This document shows, one piece after another, positions 11,150 through 26,654 of a stretch of 64,000 nucleotides of DNA. Location of the stretch: NCBI GenBank assembly GCA_964016885.1, contig OZ024746.1:33294001-33358000 (forward strand), given 5' to 3'. The notes beneath the pieces were generated by a model that saw nothing but the letters and a program-made list of their open reading frames with translations, ran no database searches and was not told the origin of the DNA. The stretch comes from Eledone cirrhosa (lineage: Eukaryota). Position 1 is the first letter of the stretch; the number at the start of each line of letters is the position of its first letter. Made by a program: the position numbers and the translations under genes.

Positions 11150-12340
11150 TGAAACTGCCAAATGGCGAAAGGATCAAGTCCCTGTAGAGAGATGTTACAA
11201 AGTCATAAAGTAGAAAGCAAAAAATAAAAATAAAAAAGATTGTTAGATAAGAGTACTATCAAAGATTGAGGACGATTCTCAATCCTTTTTGAATGGAGAA
11301 AAGAGTATGCAGGCAATGAATGCCAGAGCTGTTTCAGTAGTTAGACACGGTGTAAGTATAGTAGAATAGACGAAAGTAGATTTGAAAAAAATTGATCGGA
11401 AAACAAGGAAAATGTCCACTATCTACCGAAGTATGTACCCACAATGTAATGCAGGCAGGCTATATTCGAAATGAAAAAGGAGATTGCTGATTGTACGGGA
11501 AGCTGCCAAGATAGGTGACATGGGATTCTACATAAAAATAAGAAAGAAAATCTTAAATTAGAGGATATCAGATAAGGCAGATTTGAGAAAAATGCTGACT
11601 CCACCATAAAACACAAATACTGAGATTACTGAAGTGCGTAAAGCAGCACTTAATGAGATGCTTCTGCATTCAACATTCCTTAAGAAAAGAAGAATCGCGT
11701 ATGATGACAAAACACTTGGTTATGGTAACGGAAGGATTTATATTAACAGTGCGAGATCAAACCATAACAACAAGTTGCGTTATGAAAAATATTTGCGAGG
11801 AGAAAGCAAAGACACTTTCTCATATGGTTTCCAAGTGTAAGCTGTTAGACTAGAATAATTATAAAAACGGCTGACACGATAGGGTGGTTACCATGTTGCA
11901 CTGGAGCCTGCGTAAAACGTATGGGTTTCCATATGCAGAAAAAGTTATGAACATAATACCACATAACATATGAGATGAGTGTACTAGAGAACAATGAGAA
12001 AAACTCGGTTGGAATTTCCCCATTCACACTCAGGTGAATATTGAGCACAATAAACAGCGATTGTCGTAATTGAATAAAAGTAGAGAAGCTGTTTATTTCG
12101 GGAGAAATAGCGTGTAATTTTGACAGTAGAATTGAAAAAAAAAAAATGATTTGAAGATATATGTTTATGAGAGCTTGAAATGCTGGATTAATGAAGTGAA
12201 GACTATCTCAGTGGTGATTGGTGCACATGGCAAGGTGACAAAGAACCTTGAGAAGTACTTTTCGAAAATAGACTTTGCACCTATGATTGAACAACTCCAA
12301 AAGACATGCCTAGAAGTGGAATATTAAAAAAGGCCTTGGT
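11150..12340 (+). mobile_element. Decayed R4/Dong-like (RLE) non-LTR retrotransposon 3' half
   Basis: Manual translation gives QAMNARAVSVVR..DLKKIDRKTRKM (~11310-11415) and ISVVIGAHGKVTKNLEKY..IEQLQKTCL (~12205-12312). Confidence 0.65.
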
Positions 12341-12759
12341 CTACCAGCAGTAGTTAAATTACAAGGAAAAGAAATGAAAGTTAGGTATTCCCTAAAATAA
12401 CCGACTTAATGCAACATCAAAGCTAGCTGTGATAAATAAGGCAAATAATGATAATTTTCAATATAAGAAAAAAAAAACCCCAAAACCACTCCTTGCTTCA
12501 GGAGAATCATAAGTAATTAAACTCCCCTCCCCTTAAAATATATGCATTAACATTATGATTAAATGGGTGGTTGTGAAAAATATATGTGAATAGACACACA
12601 TATTATTAGATATATCAATACACAGATGGTGACATGAAACATAATATAACTGTTGAATTATGCAGTGGAAGAAACAAACCAGCCTAGAATGAAACAAAGG
12701 AACAACAGAAAATATATTGATATATCTCTAACTTATTCCCACTCACTTTTAAGTTCCCT

Positions 12760-13807
12760 CTTCCACTCACCATTTCATTCCTTCTATTCTTCCGGCCTTA
12801 TTCTCACCCATTTCCATTCACTCTTTTCTCTTTTCTCAATTCCCTCGCCCATATGCTTCTTTGTGTTAATATAAATGATATTCATTTTCGGCTTCACTTT
12901 TTATCTCTCCATCTAACTCTCTCTTTCCTCATCTCTCTCCCCACACACCTTTCACTTTCTTCGTCTCTCTCTCTACATCTCTCTCCCAACCTAGCCCTCT
13001 GTCTTCATCTCTCTCCCCAGTTACCTCTCTCTATCATCTACCTCTCTATTTCCTCACCTGTCTCTCTCTCCATTTACCTCACTTTTCCCATCTCTCTCCT
13101 CACGTACCTCTATCTTTTCGCACTCATCTCCATCTTCTTCCTCATCTCTCCCTCCATCTTCCTCTCTCTTTCCTCATCTCTCCCTCCATCTTCCTCTCTC
13201 TTTCCTCATCTCTCCCTCTATCTACCCTTCTCTTTCTTCATCTCTCCCTCTCTCCATCAACCTCTCTCTTTCCCCCACCTCTCTCTCTCCCCAACTACCG
13301 CTCTCTTTCCTCATCTCTCTCCGCGTTTACCTCTCCCTTTCCTCATTTCTTTCTCTCTCTTTCCTCCTCTCTCCCTCCATCTTTCCCTCTCTTTCCTCAT
13401 CTATCCTCCCCCTATCTCTCCCTCCCTTTCCTCATCTAGCTCTCTCCCCATCTATATCTCTTTCCCATCTATCTCTCCCCATATACTTATCTCTCTCCTC
13501 GGCTATCTATCCAGATCACAACATTTCTTTCGTTTCCAATCATATTCTCACTCTTCCCCATTTTTACACTATTCTTTTTCTCTCACATATTAGCGCGTAT
13601 TTTCGCCTCTATTTTTCTCTCAATCCTCTTCGACCATTTTTTTCTCTCTATCTTTTTGTCACCGATGTCTTCGCCTTCTCTCTCTTCTCCCTCACCTCGT
13701 TACGTATCATTTTCTGTCTTTCCATCTATCCCCCCCCCCTGCTTTTCAGTTACACACACCACTTTGCAGCTTCCTTCCTCCCCTCTCTTACTCTGCTTTC
13801 TCTCTCT

Positions 13808-13848
<41 letters not shown>
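12760..13848. repeat. ~1.1-kb polypyrimidine/polypurine tract with degenerate ~30-bp units ending in (CT)n
   Basis: Recurrent tttcctcatctctccctccatct units. ORF 12853-13593 is a composition artefact. Confidence 0.9.
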
Positions 13849-13903
<55 letters not shown>

Positions 13904-14419
13904 TATATATTTATGTATATGAACATATGTATATATATATATATATTATTCTTTACTCATTTACTGTGTATATATATATATCAACCCACCCTTATCAGTG
14001 TCTGTTTCAGGTCAGTAAATGTTCAGCAACGGTTACTTTCTGTTACCTATAAGATCTTAATAACCATTATTTAATCTTCACTTTCATGATTCCTCGATAA
14101 GCGATGACGTCAGAATATTATATTTCAGCTCTTCCATAGACGCGTCTTATTTTATTTTTATTAATTACAACAACACAACCTATTAATATTAATAAGATTC
14201 TCTTCATGAGATTCATTTAATATATGTTTAGACTGAACAGTTCTCCCTCCTCCTTTACCGCTGTACATGTTCACTCAAGCACACTAACACATATCAGCAC
14301 TCCATTGTCTTTACTGATGTGAATTCACAATTTCCTAATTCACCATTGCTTCGTAAAGGAATTGCAAAGGAAATGCTTTAACGGTAGTTATAGCTGTACT
14401 TCATACCACTTAAGTGAAC

Positions 14420-14820
14420 AATGTAATCTGTGCAGGGTTGCGCTTGCTAAAACAACAACCCTCAAATCATTGTGTGCTGTTGAATCGGTAATATACAAAA
14501 CGGAAGACACCAAAAACGAAGCAATTGTTATGGCCTAAATAATGCATATGAATGAGAGAATATTCCTAATTCAATAACCGTTCATCATTTTAGAGAAGTT
14601 AAATATATAACACTAACGACGTTTTCGAATCATATATGAAACTTAAAAGAGCACAACATCGACATTAACAGTGAATCGAAAATCACATGGCAAAACAGGC
14701 TTTATAAAAGTGACACGAAAAATACATTTACATCAATGAAATTACGAATTCATGTTCAAATATCAAATTCGTGGAGTCCCTATACACAAAATATGAATTA
14801 TTTACAACATGCCGCTGCTT
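14420..14820 (+). mobile_element. Highly decayed PLE GIY-YIG fragment
   Basis: VESVIYKTE (~14479) and ELFTTCR (~14795) resemble Neptune-type C-termini; many stops. Confidence 0.4.
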
Positions 14821-17800
14821 CTATCAATGCATAATGGATAGTGTAGTCAATGTGGTTGTGTGCGGCTCACTTAAGTGAGAAAAGAGGGAGAAGAAATGTG
14901 GTGACAAGGATAGACCTGATGTAAGAAGAGTGAGCTAACGAGGGGTGACAGAAAGGCGTTAGAATAAAATAAACGACATAATACTTGTTTAAAATGGTAT
15001 CCATTTGGTAACAATTTAAATGATAAAAATGGACTGGTTATACACATTAAGATTAAACATTCAGTCAACATTTACGTGGCGTCTTGACATCTACAAATTA
15101 AATATTTTGACTTGATGTAAACTGTCTCTCTGCTCCTCTCATACATATGCAGGTGTTTGTATATTTAGAAAAGCAAACGATTAGTATTCCATACATGTAA
15201 CAGATTTTTGTTTATTTGTGAAAATGTGAGGATTCGTTCTATTGTGCTACAGTAATATGCAATCGTTAATGATTTTTGAACTTAATTACATGCTCAAAAT
15301 CAATTTCGTTTTAATTATTGTAGCAATTATGTATTGAGATTCAGTTCCCTCAGATAGTTTTGCTGGACTCACGGGAGATAACTCTCGTAAAATACTCCGG
15401 CAGTTATATCAAGGCCAGCTTCACTGTAACTCAACCACAATCAACTTGTCTAAAAATGCTATTTACTGAAAATGTTGGCTATGCGTGTAATGGTTTAAAA
15501 CTTCGTCCATATAATTTACTAATAGTAGTTATTAATTTTAGATATTCCCAATAAACATAAAGACATTATTTTTCCATTAAGAAGTATTATCGGCTCACCA
15601 AAAGAATCCGAAGTATTTTGTGTGGTTGCTCAATTTCATCATCTCTGTTGTTATAATGGTTCGTTATATCAATTACTTTAAAAAACAAAAGCCCATTTAA
15701 TATGCTTTTCTCGATGTATTATAGCTACTAGCCGGCTATTTAAATTGTGTGTATGGGATATATGACTGGCATGATAAGGACTGGTTGATTATTCATTTTC
15801 CGATTTGTTTCGTGATATTCATTTAAGAGGCGTTGTATTATCTTTGATAAAATGTAAGTGAAATAGTGTGACTGAAACATGTTGATCTAATGAAGACATG
15901 AAAGTTAGTTCTGTTATATTTTATATGATGATTTGAGCTATGTATATCCCTTTTTCTACATGAGTTACTATGTGAAGACTGGCTCATATAACCTATTCTT
16001 TTATTAAAACAGCATTATATTAGAACAGCTTACTATTGACTTGAAATCAACACGTATTTTATGTATGCAGAGCTCCATTTGTGAGTCCATGGGTTTAATA
16101 CTGGCTTGGCATATTTGGACTTTTATTTAAACCTCAAATACTTCTTAAGTTGATGATTATAGTGGCTTCCAGTTTAGGCTCCATACAGACATATTCAATT
16201 ACCTTGTGATTGACGTTTGGAGCATCTTATATCTATAATTCGGATATGTGGTTTCTCCTACACCTATTTCTATTAGCTTAGAGAAAGAAGACGATCAATT
16301 AACGGTTCTTCTGCATTCAATCAAGACTTATTGTTTCTAGGGGAAGTTGATATAATACAGAAACGATTTCAGGTGTTCATAATTAAATCGATGTAACTAT
16401 CGCTGTTGGTGCTATGTTCCTTCCTAAATTCCAATACCTGCAAAGAGAAATTTTGGAGATTGCAGATGCGTAGTATTCTACTTCGACATAGTCAGACATG
16501 TAGTCTCCTTTATACTGTATATGTTTAAATCCCTTCATTAAATATTATACTTCTAACTTCGCATCCGTTTTCTAATTAAATGCTATTCAGTTTATATTTG
16601 CGTAGATAATGACTTGGTGTCATTGTATATCATATAGGTGTTGAATTTTGTTTATGACAATGTTTGCTGACATTAGCATGTTGAGAGACAATATATGCCA
16701 TTGGATTTGTTTAAATATGTCAACGTTTGGTACATTTGATTAATGTATCCGGTAGTTACTTGAGGGTTTGATAGGTGTTTGAATGTAGTCAAATTATCTT
16801 GTTATTCGATATTATATTTTCTTGATTCTATTTTGAAACACACCACTTGATCCTCTAATAAACAATGACTGGCACAAATACCTAAATATTGAATACGTCA
16901 TGGTTTTTAGGAATAACTTCAAGAAATCCTAAACGACCGAAGGCATGTAAGCCTCCATATATATATACCCATGTCATTGTATGTTGGCGTGTGTTCGTGA
17001 AATAAAGTCAAATGGGGGGCCTGCCTTGGCAAATGTATTCATTGGTAAATATGTATGCCGTTGGCAGTAGAGTTTTCGTCAATTTTCAGCGATCGAAATG
17101 ATAGAGAATTAGAAGTGATGCATGTGTATTTATGGGAGAGTGGGAATTTTCTGAGAAAGAAAATGTGTAGGATGTGAGAATTTGAAAACAACTGAAGATG
17201 CGAGAACGGGAGTGATAAGAACATTGTTTAGACTGAGTAAACATATAAAGAATATGCGACAGTTTAATGCAAAGAAGACGTTTTTTGTTTGTTTGCTTGC
17301 CAGGTCATTGGCCGCAACAAAAAAAGCTTGTAAACAGCATTATTAAAACACCCCCATACACATGCACACATACACACATGTACACACGCTCACAAATACC
17401 TCCACACACGTATATATATATATATATATACGCGTGTATATATTCAAACATTCGAAATCAGATTGTTATATAATGGCAGATGTTAACAGGCAGTCATATA
17501 AACGCACATACTTACGAATAATAAAAGCACAAATATATATATTTGCATTCCTTTTCCTTGGAATTAATAATATAGTGGTGATATAATGTTATTTATAATA
17601 TTTTATTTTATGTGTGAATATTAAAATGGACAGTTTGGTAGAGAAAGTAATTAACTGAATTAAAAACAGATGGAATTCTTAGGTAAACAGCAAATAAATG
17701 GATATGTAGGCAATTTTCAATAATTTGAGGTAGGATTAAAGAAGGAATGACGAACCAAAATGATATTTAATGATGAAGTAAGATGAATAAATTGAATTGG

Positions 17801-18699
17801 AAAGTAGTAGGTTGGATGATTAAATAAATATAATATATGGATATACAAAACGTTTATAAAAATAGAGAATTTAATAAGTATAAATATAAAATACACAATA
17901 AATTAAAATGAAGTGAGTTGAAGTGAGGTAAGATGAAAAGAGAAAGTGGTTGATTAAATTAAAAAGAATAGAACAGAGATAAACCGATGAGATAAAATGA
18001 AATAAAATGGAACAATTCAAGGGAAATAAAACAAAGTAGACGAAATAAAGGAATGTAAACTGAAAATTATCAGAAGTAGAAATTTATCTCGATAGCTGAT
18101 CTTTCTATTCTTTCAACTTAATCAACCACATTTCTCATTTCCTCTTACCACACTTCATTGCCGTTAATGTCATGGCATATTTTTTATACATTTTATATAT
18201 CCTCTTATTCATATATTTCTTTACTCATCTAACCTAACACTTCACAACAATGTATTCATTATACTTTATTTCTACCTAATGGTTTTTTTCTGTCCTTCCT
18301 GCTTGAATCCTACTTAAAGTACTTTCAATTTGTCAACATATCTATTTATTAACTCGTTGGTTCGTCTCTTAATTTCCATATCACGTTTTAATCGTTCCTC
18401 TGTAAAAAGAATACTATAGACATGTCTCCAGTATATTATTGATTTCTGGATTAAGTCTTCACTATCATGGAATATAATTACTACAGTTATGAAAGTCTTG
18501 GCATTACAAGTTGTACAATATATACATGGACAATGTGGAGGAACTTTCAACGACGTGCAGGACACAGTGAACAGAATAGAGAAGTGTTTTCCCAGACTGT
18601 GACGATGGTAACACTTTGAAATAGCTATTGAAACTCGCGTGGCACATTTCTGTGGGTGGCCAACTCCATCCTGATAGCAGTACATAGGTAGATGATTCG

Positions 18700-19130
18700 G
18701 GGGTCCCAAACAACAGAAGAATCCATCGCAATATATTCAACTAGAGCGCCATCGGAAAGGTGGGATACTTCAGCAATTTGGGATTGCTAGCTTATTGGCA
18801 AAGCAACCTGGGTCTTTCATCGAAATCAATCGGTTTCTACTGGAGAATGGGTCTCTCGATATGTTAACCAAGACGAGGAGATTACCAGCAAAACACTGGA
18901 AGATTGTGATGCCATCTGGCCTTTTCCCGTGCTTTCCGTATATTGTCACCGGTTCGAGCTATGATGGGAGTCAGCAGCGTCTAAACCATGTTTAATGATT
19001 TCGTTGACATTGGAGGCGAGCGAACGACACGGAGTCGCCCTGAAAGTGGATAAAGGCCAATGCATCCAGAATGGATCCACAGCGAGATTCGATTTACTTG
19101 CAGATCCAGGGGCAAACACCTATGCGTAGA
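18700..19130 (+). mobile_element. Possible decayed RTE-like LINE 3' fragment
   Basis: GC-richer island with HWRR..RSRP..W-like remnants; weak. Confidence 0.3.
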
Positions 19131-19539
19131 CAATCGCTGTCAAGGTGAGTCTAGCTTCTATACACGTAAATTCACAATCCGCCTAATACGTTTACAATGG
19201 CTACATATATTAACAAACCTCTTATGTAGGAACCTTTGTACTAAACCCATTAAGAAATATATCAGCTTCACATTTGATATAATTATCTGTATTTTGCATT
19301 TCCATCGGAGTAATAAACGGCATTCTCTTGAACAAGTACCTATCATTTTCCTCGAACATTTTTCTATCACCATTATCCATCATAATTAACTTATTCTTCA
19401 TTTCCCAAAACTACATGCAACTATTTCATATTCCCGGCATATAGATATATCATTGCAAACATTGCAACATTTAAAAAAATTCTAAGAATGAAGCGCTTTG
19501 TATATTGTAAGCGATCAATTAATATTGTATGTGTTTTTC

Positions 19540-20340
19540 TGGTTTTATTTTACAGTATTTCACCAATAGAGTGAGAGGCGGTTTCTAACATGTTACAAAC
19601 AAACTCTTTCAGTGGTATTTATACAACTCCTAGGTATTAATGGACTGTACTTGCAATTACACCAACTAGCCGTGCCTTCTTGGTTCTGTGAAGTACAGCT
19701 TCTCGAGATTTGTACTGATAGAGTTAGTAACTTATCCAAGTGCCCAAATTATCAGAGGTCCAAATCTGAAGGTATAATTATGGTTGACTAACTTCAGATT
19801 CCCCATTAGTTCAGTTTAAATGTTCTCCTTTCTCTACTGGACAGCTGATTTCCACTCTTGTGCATGCCTTCTTTTCTGTCCTATATCACTATGGCAGGTG
19901 TGTTATGTTTGCATTTCCTTACGTTCTTAACTGTAACATTCAATACATATTCTTTCATAATACGTCTTGGCTATCCTTTCTATGGTTTGCATTGTATAAT
20001 GTTTTGGCCTCTACATCATGCCTCGTATGCAGATAGTATTTTGATGACTTCTTTGGATAGCTGCTTAAGATGTGAATGATATCCTCGATGTTTACTCCAC
20101 AGATTCTGCATCTGTTGCTACATATATTTGTTTTGCATGCATCCCCATTTCCTTTGCGCATTAGGTATTTTGTTTTTATTTCTTGTTTCTGGATTGCAAA
20201 AGTATATTTTTTAAAGTGTGGATCAATATATTGGTTGTTGGTTGATAGTCTACTTTGCTTATCTACATTACTCTTACTTTGCAGCTTCCTGGCAACATAG
20301 TCATGCATGATGTTTACGGATAAGCAGCTTTTCATTCATT
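19540..20340 (-). mobile_element. Decayed R4-like RLE LINE 3' fragment
   Basis: FAIQKQEIKTKYL, CRICG..EDIIHILSS..YLHTRHD (CCHC region) and PLIIWALG at ~19740-19770. Confidence 0.7.
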
Positions 20341-20711
20341 GATTCATTGCCGTATGGCTGTGTAATTTACCTGGGTGTCATATTTTGGTGATCAGACAGG
20401 AAATATTACTCATGGCGCTATCAACGTTATCACGCTGCAGCTGTCATATTACGAAGTTTTTGTATAATAAAATAATTATTGTCTTCAGCGACTCCCTTAA
20501 ACGAACCACCGAGAAAAATACAACCCTCAACATTCTTTAGTCTAAAAGTGTGATGCCGTCTCACAGCAAGCGTGAATCAGAAAAGACATAGCCCATAATC
20601 AAACTAGTAATGAAATAAATGGAATTATCAAAAAGATGAATATTACATAAATATAATATCTGGAATCAATAATAATAATTAAGTACGCTTCAATCCGCAT
20701 TATATGTTATT

Positions 20712-20905
20712 AGGGCGGTGGATTGGCAGCATCGGTAAGGGTCGGACGCCATTCTTTGAAGCATAGAGTTACCTCCCTTTATGATCTGAGTTCAAATCCC
20801 GCCGAGGTTAACTTTGCCTTTCATCCTGACGGGGTCGATAAAATAAAGTACCAGTAATGCACTGGGATAATTGCTGGCCTTGTGACAAAAGCAGAAACAA
20901 TTATA
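20712..20905 (+). mobile_element. Full-length tRNA-derived SINE
   Basis: A-box-like TGGCAGCATCGG, B-box GAGTTCAAATCC, central GCCTTTCATCCT..GGGGTCGATAAA domain (resembles the Meta/MESC-type SINE domain, from memory). Confidence 0.88.
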
Positions 20906-21012
20906 TGTTATGAATACATTCGCACCCCGCATATATAAATATATATATATATATATGCGGGGTGCAAATGTATTCATACATATAATGTGTGTGTATATAT
21001 ATATACACACAC

Positions 21013-21055
<43 letters not shown>

Positions 21056-21104
21056 AATACACACACACACACACATATATAATATATATATATTTATATA
21101 TATG

Positions 21105-21135
<31 letters not shown>

Positions 21136-21240
21136 TTATATATATATACATACATAGGGAATTTAATGTTAGGTTACTAAAGTGGGGACTCGATGCGTAG
21201 TCTCCAGTAGCTATATTGGTATTGTAATATGCAGAGTGTA

Positions 21241-21336
21241 ATAATTATTTCTACGTTTGGCACAAGGCCAGCAATTATTTTATCGACTCTGTGAGGATGA
21301 AAGGCAAAGGTAACCTCGGCGGGATTTGAACTCAGA
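21241..21336 (-). mobile_element. SINE fragment (internally deleted)
   Basis: Same family core and B-box. Confidence 0.8.
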
Positions 21337-22702
21337 ATGTGTGTTATAACAACCCTCAATTCCCAGAGCCTAAATGGTTCAGCCTACCTCAGGCCACACT
21401 TGTGGTTTTTTTTTTTTAGTCTTTAGCACGTCTTTTAGCGCACTCAAATGGAAGGCGGCTCAGAAAGGTTTTAATCACCATAGATCTCCACGACAAATAT
21501 TTACCATAGGGAAGTCTCATTTAGACCAGACTCTCTGATATAATAGTTCCTCTTGTTGCCGTATTTTCTCTTTGTTGAAAGTGCTCCTCTAATTTTTTTC
21601 TGCCCTCCCCATTAATTGATAATGAGAAGTTCCCATGCATTCCCTTCCCATGCACGCTAATCTATCGTGTCATGTAGCTTCAGCATACATTTGGCTTGTG
21701 TTACCTGATCCTCTAATATGTACTGCATACCCGTGCATCTTGTGAGTCCTTGAACACGATGCACAGTTCTATGTTATATATATATATAATATGCCGTCCA
21801 TATACTTGTATAGCGATCGACCTTAGTTCATTACAGATAGCTAATCAATATTTGCGAGCCAAGGGCTTATCCTAAGAGTGAATGCTACGGAAGAGACATG
21901 CATTCTCTTCGTATTTTATCGGTACTTATTTAATGTAAAATTCACACACACGTTAGGCTCGACGTTTCATAAAGTTCATTATTGACCATGTATGGTGTGG
22001 TGCATCGTATACCTATATGGATTTATTTCTCTACAATAACTATATCTCAGTATGGGTAATTAATAGTTAATGCAACTACCGTAAAATTACGGAAGCCTAA
22101 ACATAATGATGTACATACTTTTTTCATTACTTACTACTAATACACAATGATTAAGTGATGTAAATTGATTTGACCAAGCTAGTCTGTTGAGTGTAATATA
22201 TACGAAAATATGAGCAAGTGTAAACGTGTATAAGAGCTACCCGACCTTATTTAAGGGTATTGTTCTTAGTAAGACGTGTAATTCCACGCGTAAAATTCGT
22301 ATCGTGACTGTAGTTCAGTGGGATATTTTTTATTCCTTTAGAGATAACTTGGTCCATTCATATTCATACAGAATCTGGGATTCTAGCTTGAATTTCAGCT
22401 CCATGTGGTATCCTTTGTATAGGCGATCTCATAAATCTGATATTACAATATGTTCTAAAATACTCGTTGTTACTCGACTATATATATATAGTAATAATAA
22501 AAATTTGAAGACTAAAATCCAAAGAGGGCTCGATAAGGATAAATATATATCAAATATATCGTATTCCTGTCTTCCTCCGGTTGCAACGTTTTTTGAAATA
22601 TTCACTTCTGCGTTCACAGATTGACTTTGTTAGTTTCAGAAGATCCCGTTAAGGGTGAAAGCAGCGATTCTTTGCTTAAACTTTAATCTGTTATTTTAAT
22701 AA

Positions 22703-22743
<41 letters not shown>

Positions 22744-22887
22744 TATACCTATATGTATATATATATATATTTATATATATGCACATAAATCTGTATTTGT
22801 ATATATTTATATACATTCACACACACGCGCACACACATACACTCGCGCACACACACACACACACATACGCACACACGCGCACATACA

Positions 22888-22966
<79 letters not shown>

Positions 22967-23019
22967 CGTTTTGAAAAAGGTAACATGAAAGAAAAGAATA
23001 GAAAAATACATTTCCACAA

Positions 23020-23103
<84 letters not shown>

Positions 23104-24001
23104 CACAATGGAGAAAAGAATAACTTAGTAAATGAATGGTTGGATGCATAGATGAATAAATAATTGAATGGTTGAATGTAAATCGGAAAGATCGAAAACT
23201 ACAACGAATGAAAAAAAATCAATGAATGGGTGATCGAATGTTTGAGAGATTGAATGGATAAATGAAAAGAAGAAGGGGAAACGAAGAATAGCAAATATAA
23301 TAAACAAAGAGAAAGCAAGGGAGAAAGTTAAATGATGAACTAAGACAAAACATATGTCCAACGTCATAAAAACATTCGATAATAAACAAAAAAACTGGAT
23401 GTACAAAAAGATAAAGTATAAAAGAGAAAAAAATTATTTTTAAGGTATAACCAAATAAAACCATTTGAAATAGTATCAATATATTTTGTCATAGCGATTG
23501 ATTTCTAGCTTAGACTTATGCGATTTATATTTCCCAAATATGTCAGCTAGTGCGTAATCAATGAAGCGTATACAGTCAATTGTACAGGCACAATTATACA
23601 ATCAACGTTATATTCACACATGCGCTCCAATGTGAGCACACATCGATTAGTCGACTATTTGCTCACCGTTAAAATTATATCGATAAGCGAAGACTCACGC
23701 TCCCTTATTATTCCTCTATGTTATTTATTTTTTATGCATGATGCCATATATATTCGTATTTATTTTTTTGAGCACAATAGCCATAGAAATAGACAGACAT
23801 GTATACATTATACGTGCCTAACCGCATATGCATCTGCACACACGGAAAATTCGGACTGTGTGTCAGAACCTATATATATATATGTGTGTGTATGTACTTC
23901 GTTTTGGAAATTGTTTTGAATTGATGTCTCCAGATATCAAGTTATTCTCTCTACCCTGAAAAGGAACTTGAACACTTGGCAGAAGAGAATCCTACCTAAA
24001 T

Positions 24002-24156
<155 letters not shown>

Positions 24157-24764
24157 CACACACACAGCCACACCCACACACAGCATAGAACAACAAAACG
24201 CCACCTGAGTGTATAATCTTATTAGAAATAAAGTACTTTCTATTTACATGAATATACATTTTTAGAAATTAATTAAAACCTGACCTGTGGAATTCCCTTC
24301 TACCCTACTCACCCCATCTTCAGAAGGAACACATCTATTTACAAACGTTGGAAATAGGTATTTTAGTTATTAATACTGTGGAATCAAACATATTTACATC
24401 GGCGATATTAGGATTTATTCTTTGATATGTTTAGTTCTTCGAAGTACATGATCCCGAAATTTTGTTAAGCGGCTGATACTCATTCAAGAGACATGAGGGT
24501 TTTAACACAATCACATGTTGAAACAAAGTAAATTTATTATGGCAAACCAATTTTACTCAAAGTGACTATAGATTATTATTTACCAGCACGCTAGGTTTTC
24601 TGTTGTTAGCTGTGTTTATAATAATTACAACATAAAAATGATAACACACGCGACTTTACTTTTCAATAATAATTTGCTAAAATCAGATTTCATCTGTTCG
24701 TGTGATATCTATTTGTAATGATTTGATTACCATTAGATCTAAAATCTCACCAGCTGCATGTATT

Positions 24765-24840
<76 letters not shown>

Positions 24841-25020
24841 ATACTTGGGGAGGGTCATATTTGTGTAATATTGCCAGAATTAATAACAGAACACACTCAC
24901 TCGTTTTTCGCTTCTGTGTCTTTTATATCGGTAATCTAATTTATTCGGTCCTCAATGTTGCTATTGACTGACCGACGGTCAAAAATAATACAGATACAAT
25001 ATAGACACAAACACATATAT

Positions 25021-25074
25021 ATAGTTTATCAAAGTTCTTTCGTTGCACATCTGCAACATCGTCAGTGGTGCTAT
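25021..25074 (-). ncRNA. Minimal type-I hammerhead motif (family A)
   Basis: atagcacca CTGACGA t gttgca-gatg-tgcaac GAAA gaac TT tgataaactat. Confidence 0.7.
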
Positions 25075-25329
25075 TGTTTCCCCCCGTTACATTGTATGTC
25101 TACGCCATTTTTATTTAGTCTGTCTATATATTTATTTATTTATTTGTTTGTTTGTTTTTTTTTTTGTCTTCTTTGCGCATGCGTTTGCGTGTGTGTATAG
25201 TGTTTTGTTTGATGTGTGTTCGTGATTGGGTGACTAGTGTGTGTTTATATGTGTTTGTTGTTATTGTGCTTGTGTATTTATTTATTTATTTATTTATCTA
25301 TTTATTTATTTATTTATTTATACTTCTCT

Positions 25330-26606
25330 TAGGTCAGAGTTGTTTGTTTGGGTGTTGTTGTTATTCCATTCATTCTTTCTGTTTAGTCTTGGCCTTCTAA
25401 GATCTATTTCTGATTTGCCTATCTGCTGGGTAATTTCTATGTTTAGATATTATTCTAATTTCTATGTTGTCTATGTTACCGTCGTGATGTTGTCTGGCAT
25501 GTTCGTATAGTACTAAACCGTTTTTTCGTCCTTTTAGTTCCCCCCAGTGTTGGTCTATCCTTTCACCTATGCTACGAGCTGTCTCGCCTATGTATGTTGT
25601 TGTCATGTTTCTGCAAGTACCCTCTGTACATCTTATGCTATAGACTACGTTTCTAGTTTTACAGTTTATCCGGCGGTTTACCTTACATATGATACATTTC
25701 CTATTAGTACAGTGGGTTTTCTTAAATGGGTAGGTTTTGCTGATCAGGGATTTTATGGTGGTTCCTGGCTTTTCTACCACCTTAATCTTTAAGTGGGTCT
25801 TTCTCAGGGCCTTTCAACACTGGTTAGCTAATTTGGTTAGCGTCCACAAACATGACACTCTGGTATCTCTGGTTGTCGTACTATGAGGTGGCTTTCCCTA
25901 ACTTATGCCTAGCCCTATCTAAGCTATTCCATGATTTGCTCCTGTATAATGGGAAAATTCCTTTCATGTCCAGTTCTATGAGGGTCTTATACTTCTCCGT
26001 GGCTCCTTCCTATACTCTGACTCTGTCTCTTTGGTTGTAATCAGAGAACTGCATGCGGTTGCTGTTGGATGTGTCTTTCCATTTCTGTTGGGTCGCACAT
26101 GCGGGACACATTCTTCATCACTCGTACCAAATCTGCCATCAGAATATTAAACTTAGCACTACTGGACATTGCTGAGTTTTTGAGTATCAGGTATTTGGAG
26201 GCCATGGATTTAGCATAGTGTGAGTGGAGAATTTGGGCTCCCTCGTCTATAGTGTTAATCCAGAGTTCCGCGTCTAATACAGGTAGTCTATTGTTAGGGT
26301 GTTTGGAAGGGAAGTCGATAGTTACAGTTATACTCTGGCGTATGGAATTAGCTATCTTCTGGATGCTTTCCATTGTGCTACGTTCTAAATCAAACTTGTT
26401 AGTGCTCTCTAGTGGGGATGTACTTATAACAATATTGATATCGTCTACGTAACGAGAGTACATGATGAGGTCTATGGAGCTCTCATTAAGGAGATCTTTA
26501 AGTCTCCTTTCCCACCATACCATGAAAAGGTTGGTAACATCACCAGCTATGCTGACGCCAATGGCTGCTCCCTCATTTTGGGTGTAGATCTACTCGTTGA
26601 ACTTGA

Positions 26607-26610
<4 letters not shown>
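25330..26610 (-). pseudogene. PLE RT + GIY-YIG endonuclease (frameshifted/deleted)
   Basis: YTQNEGAAIG, YSRYVDD, LPVLD, HYAKSM; C..C..C..C linker; NVVYSIRC..YIGETARS..ER..QH; PRLNRKNEW. Confidence 0.88.

Positions 26611-26650
<40 letters not shown>

Positions 26651-26654
<4 letters not shown>

Larger units (their letters stand above)
24835..26612 (-). mobile_element. 5'-truncated Penelope-like element (source of family A termini), between (TA)n tracts
   Basis: RT then GIY-YIG ORF remnants, then 3' region with hammerhead at 25021-25074, ending cccaagtataacaat(at)n. Confidence 0.88.

Noticed and set aside
12853-13593. 246-aa Leu/Ser/Pro-rich ORF
   Set aside because: Stop-free because of the CT-rich low-complexity tract; no domain features.
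15580-16900. Possible very old L1/Tx1-like relic on the minus strand (also ~22200-22680)
   Set aside because: Only scattered 4-5 residue resemblances, insufficient without a profile search.
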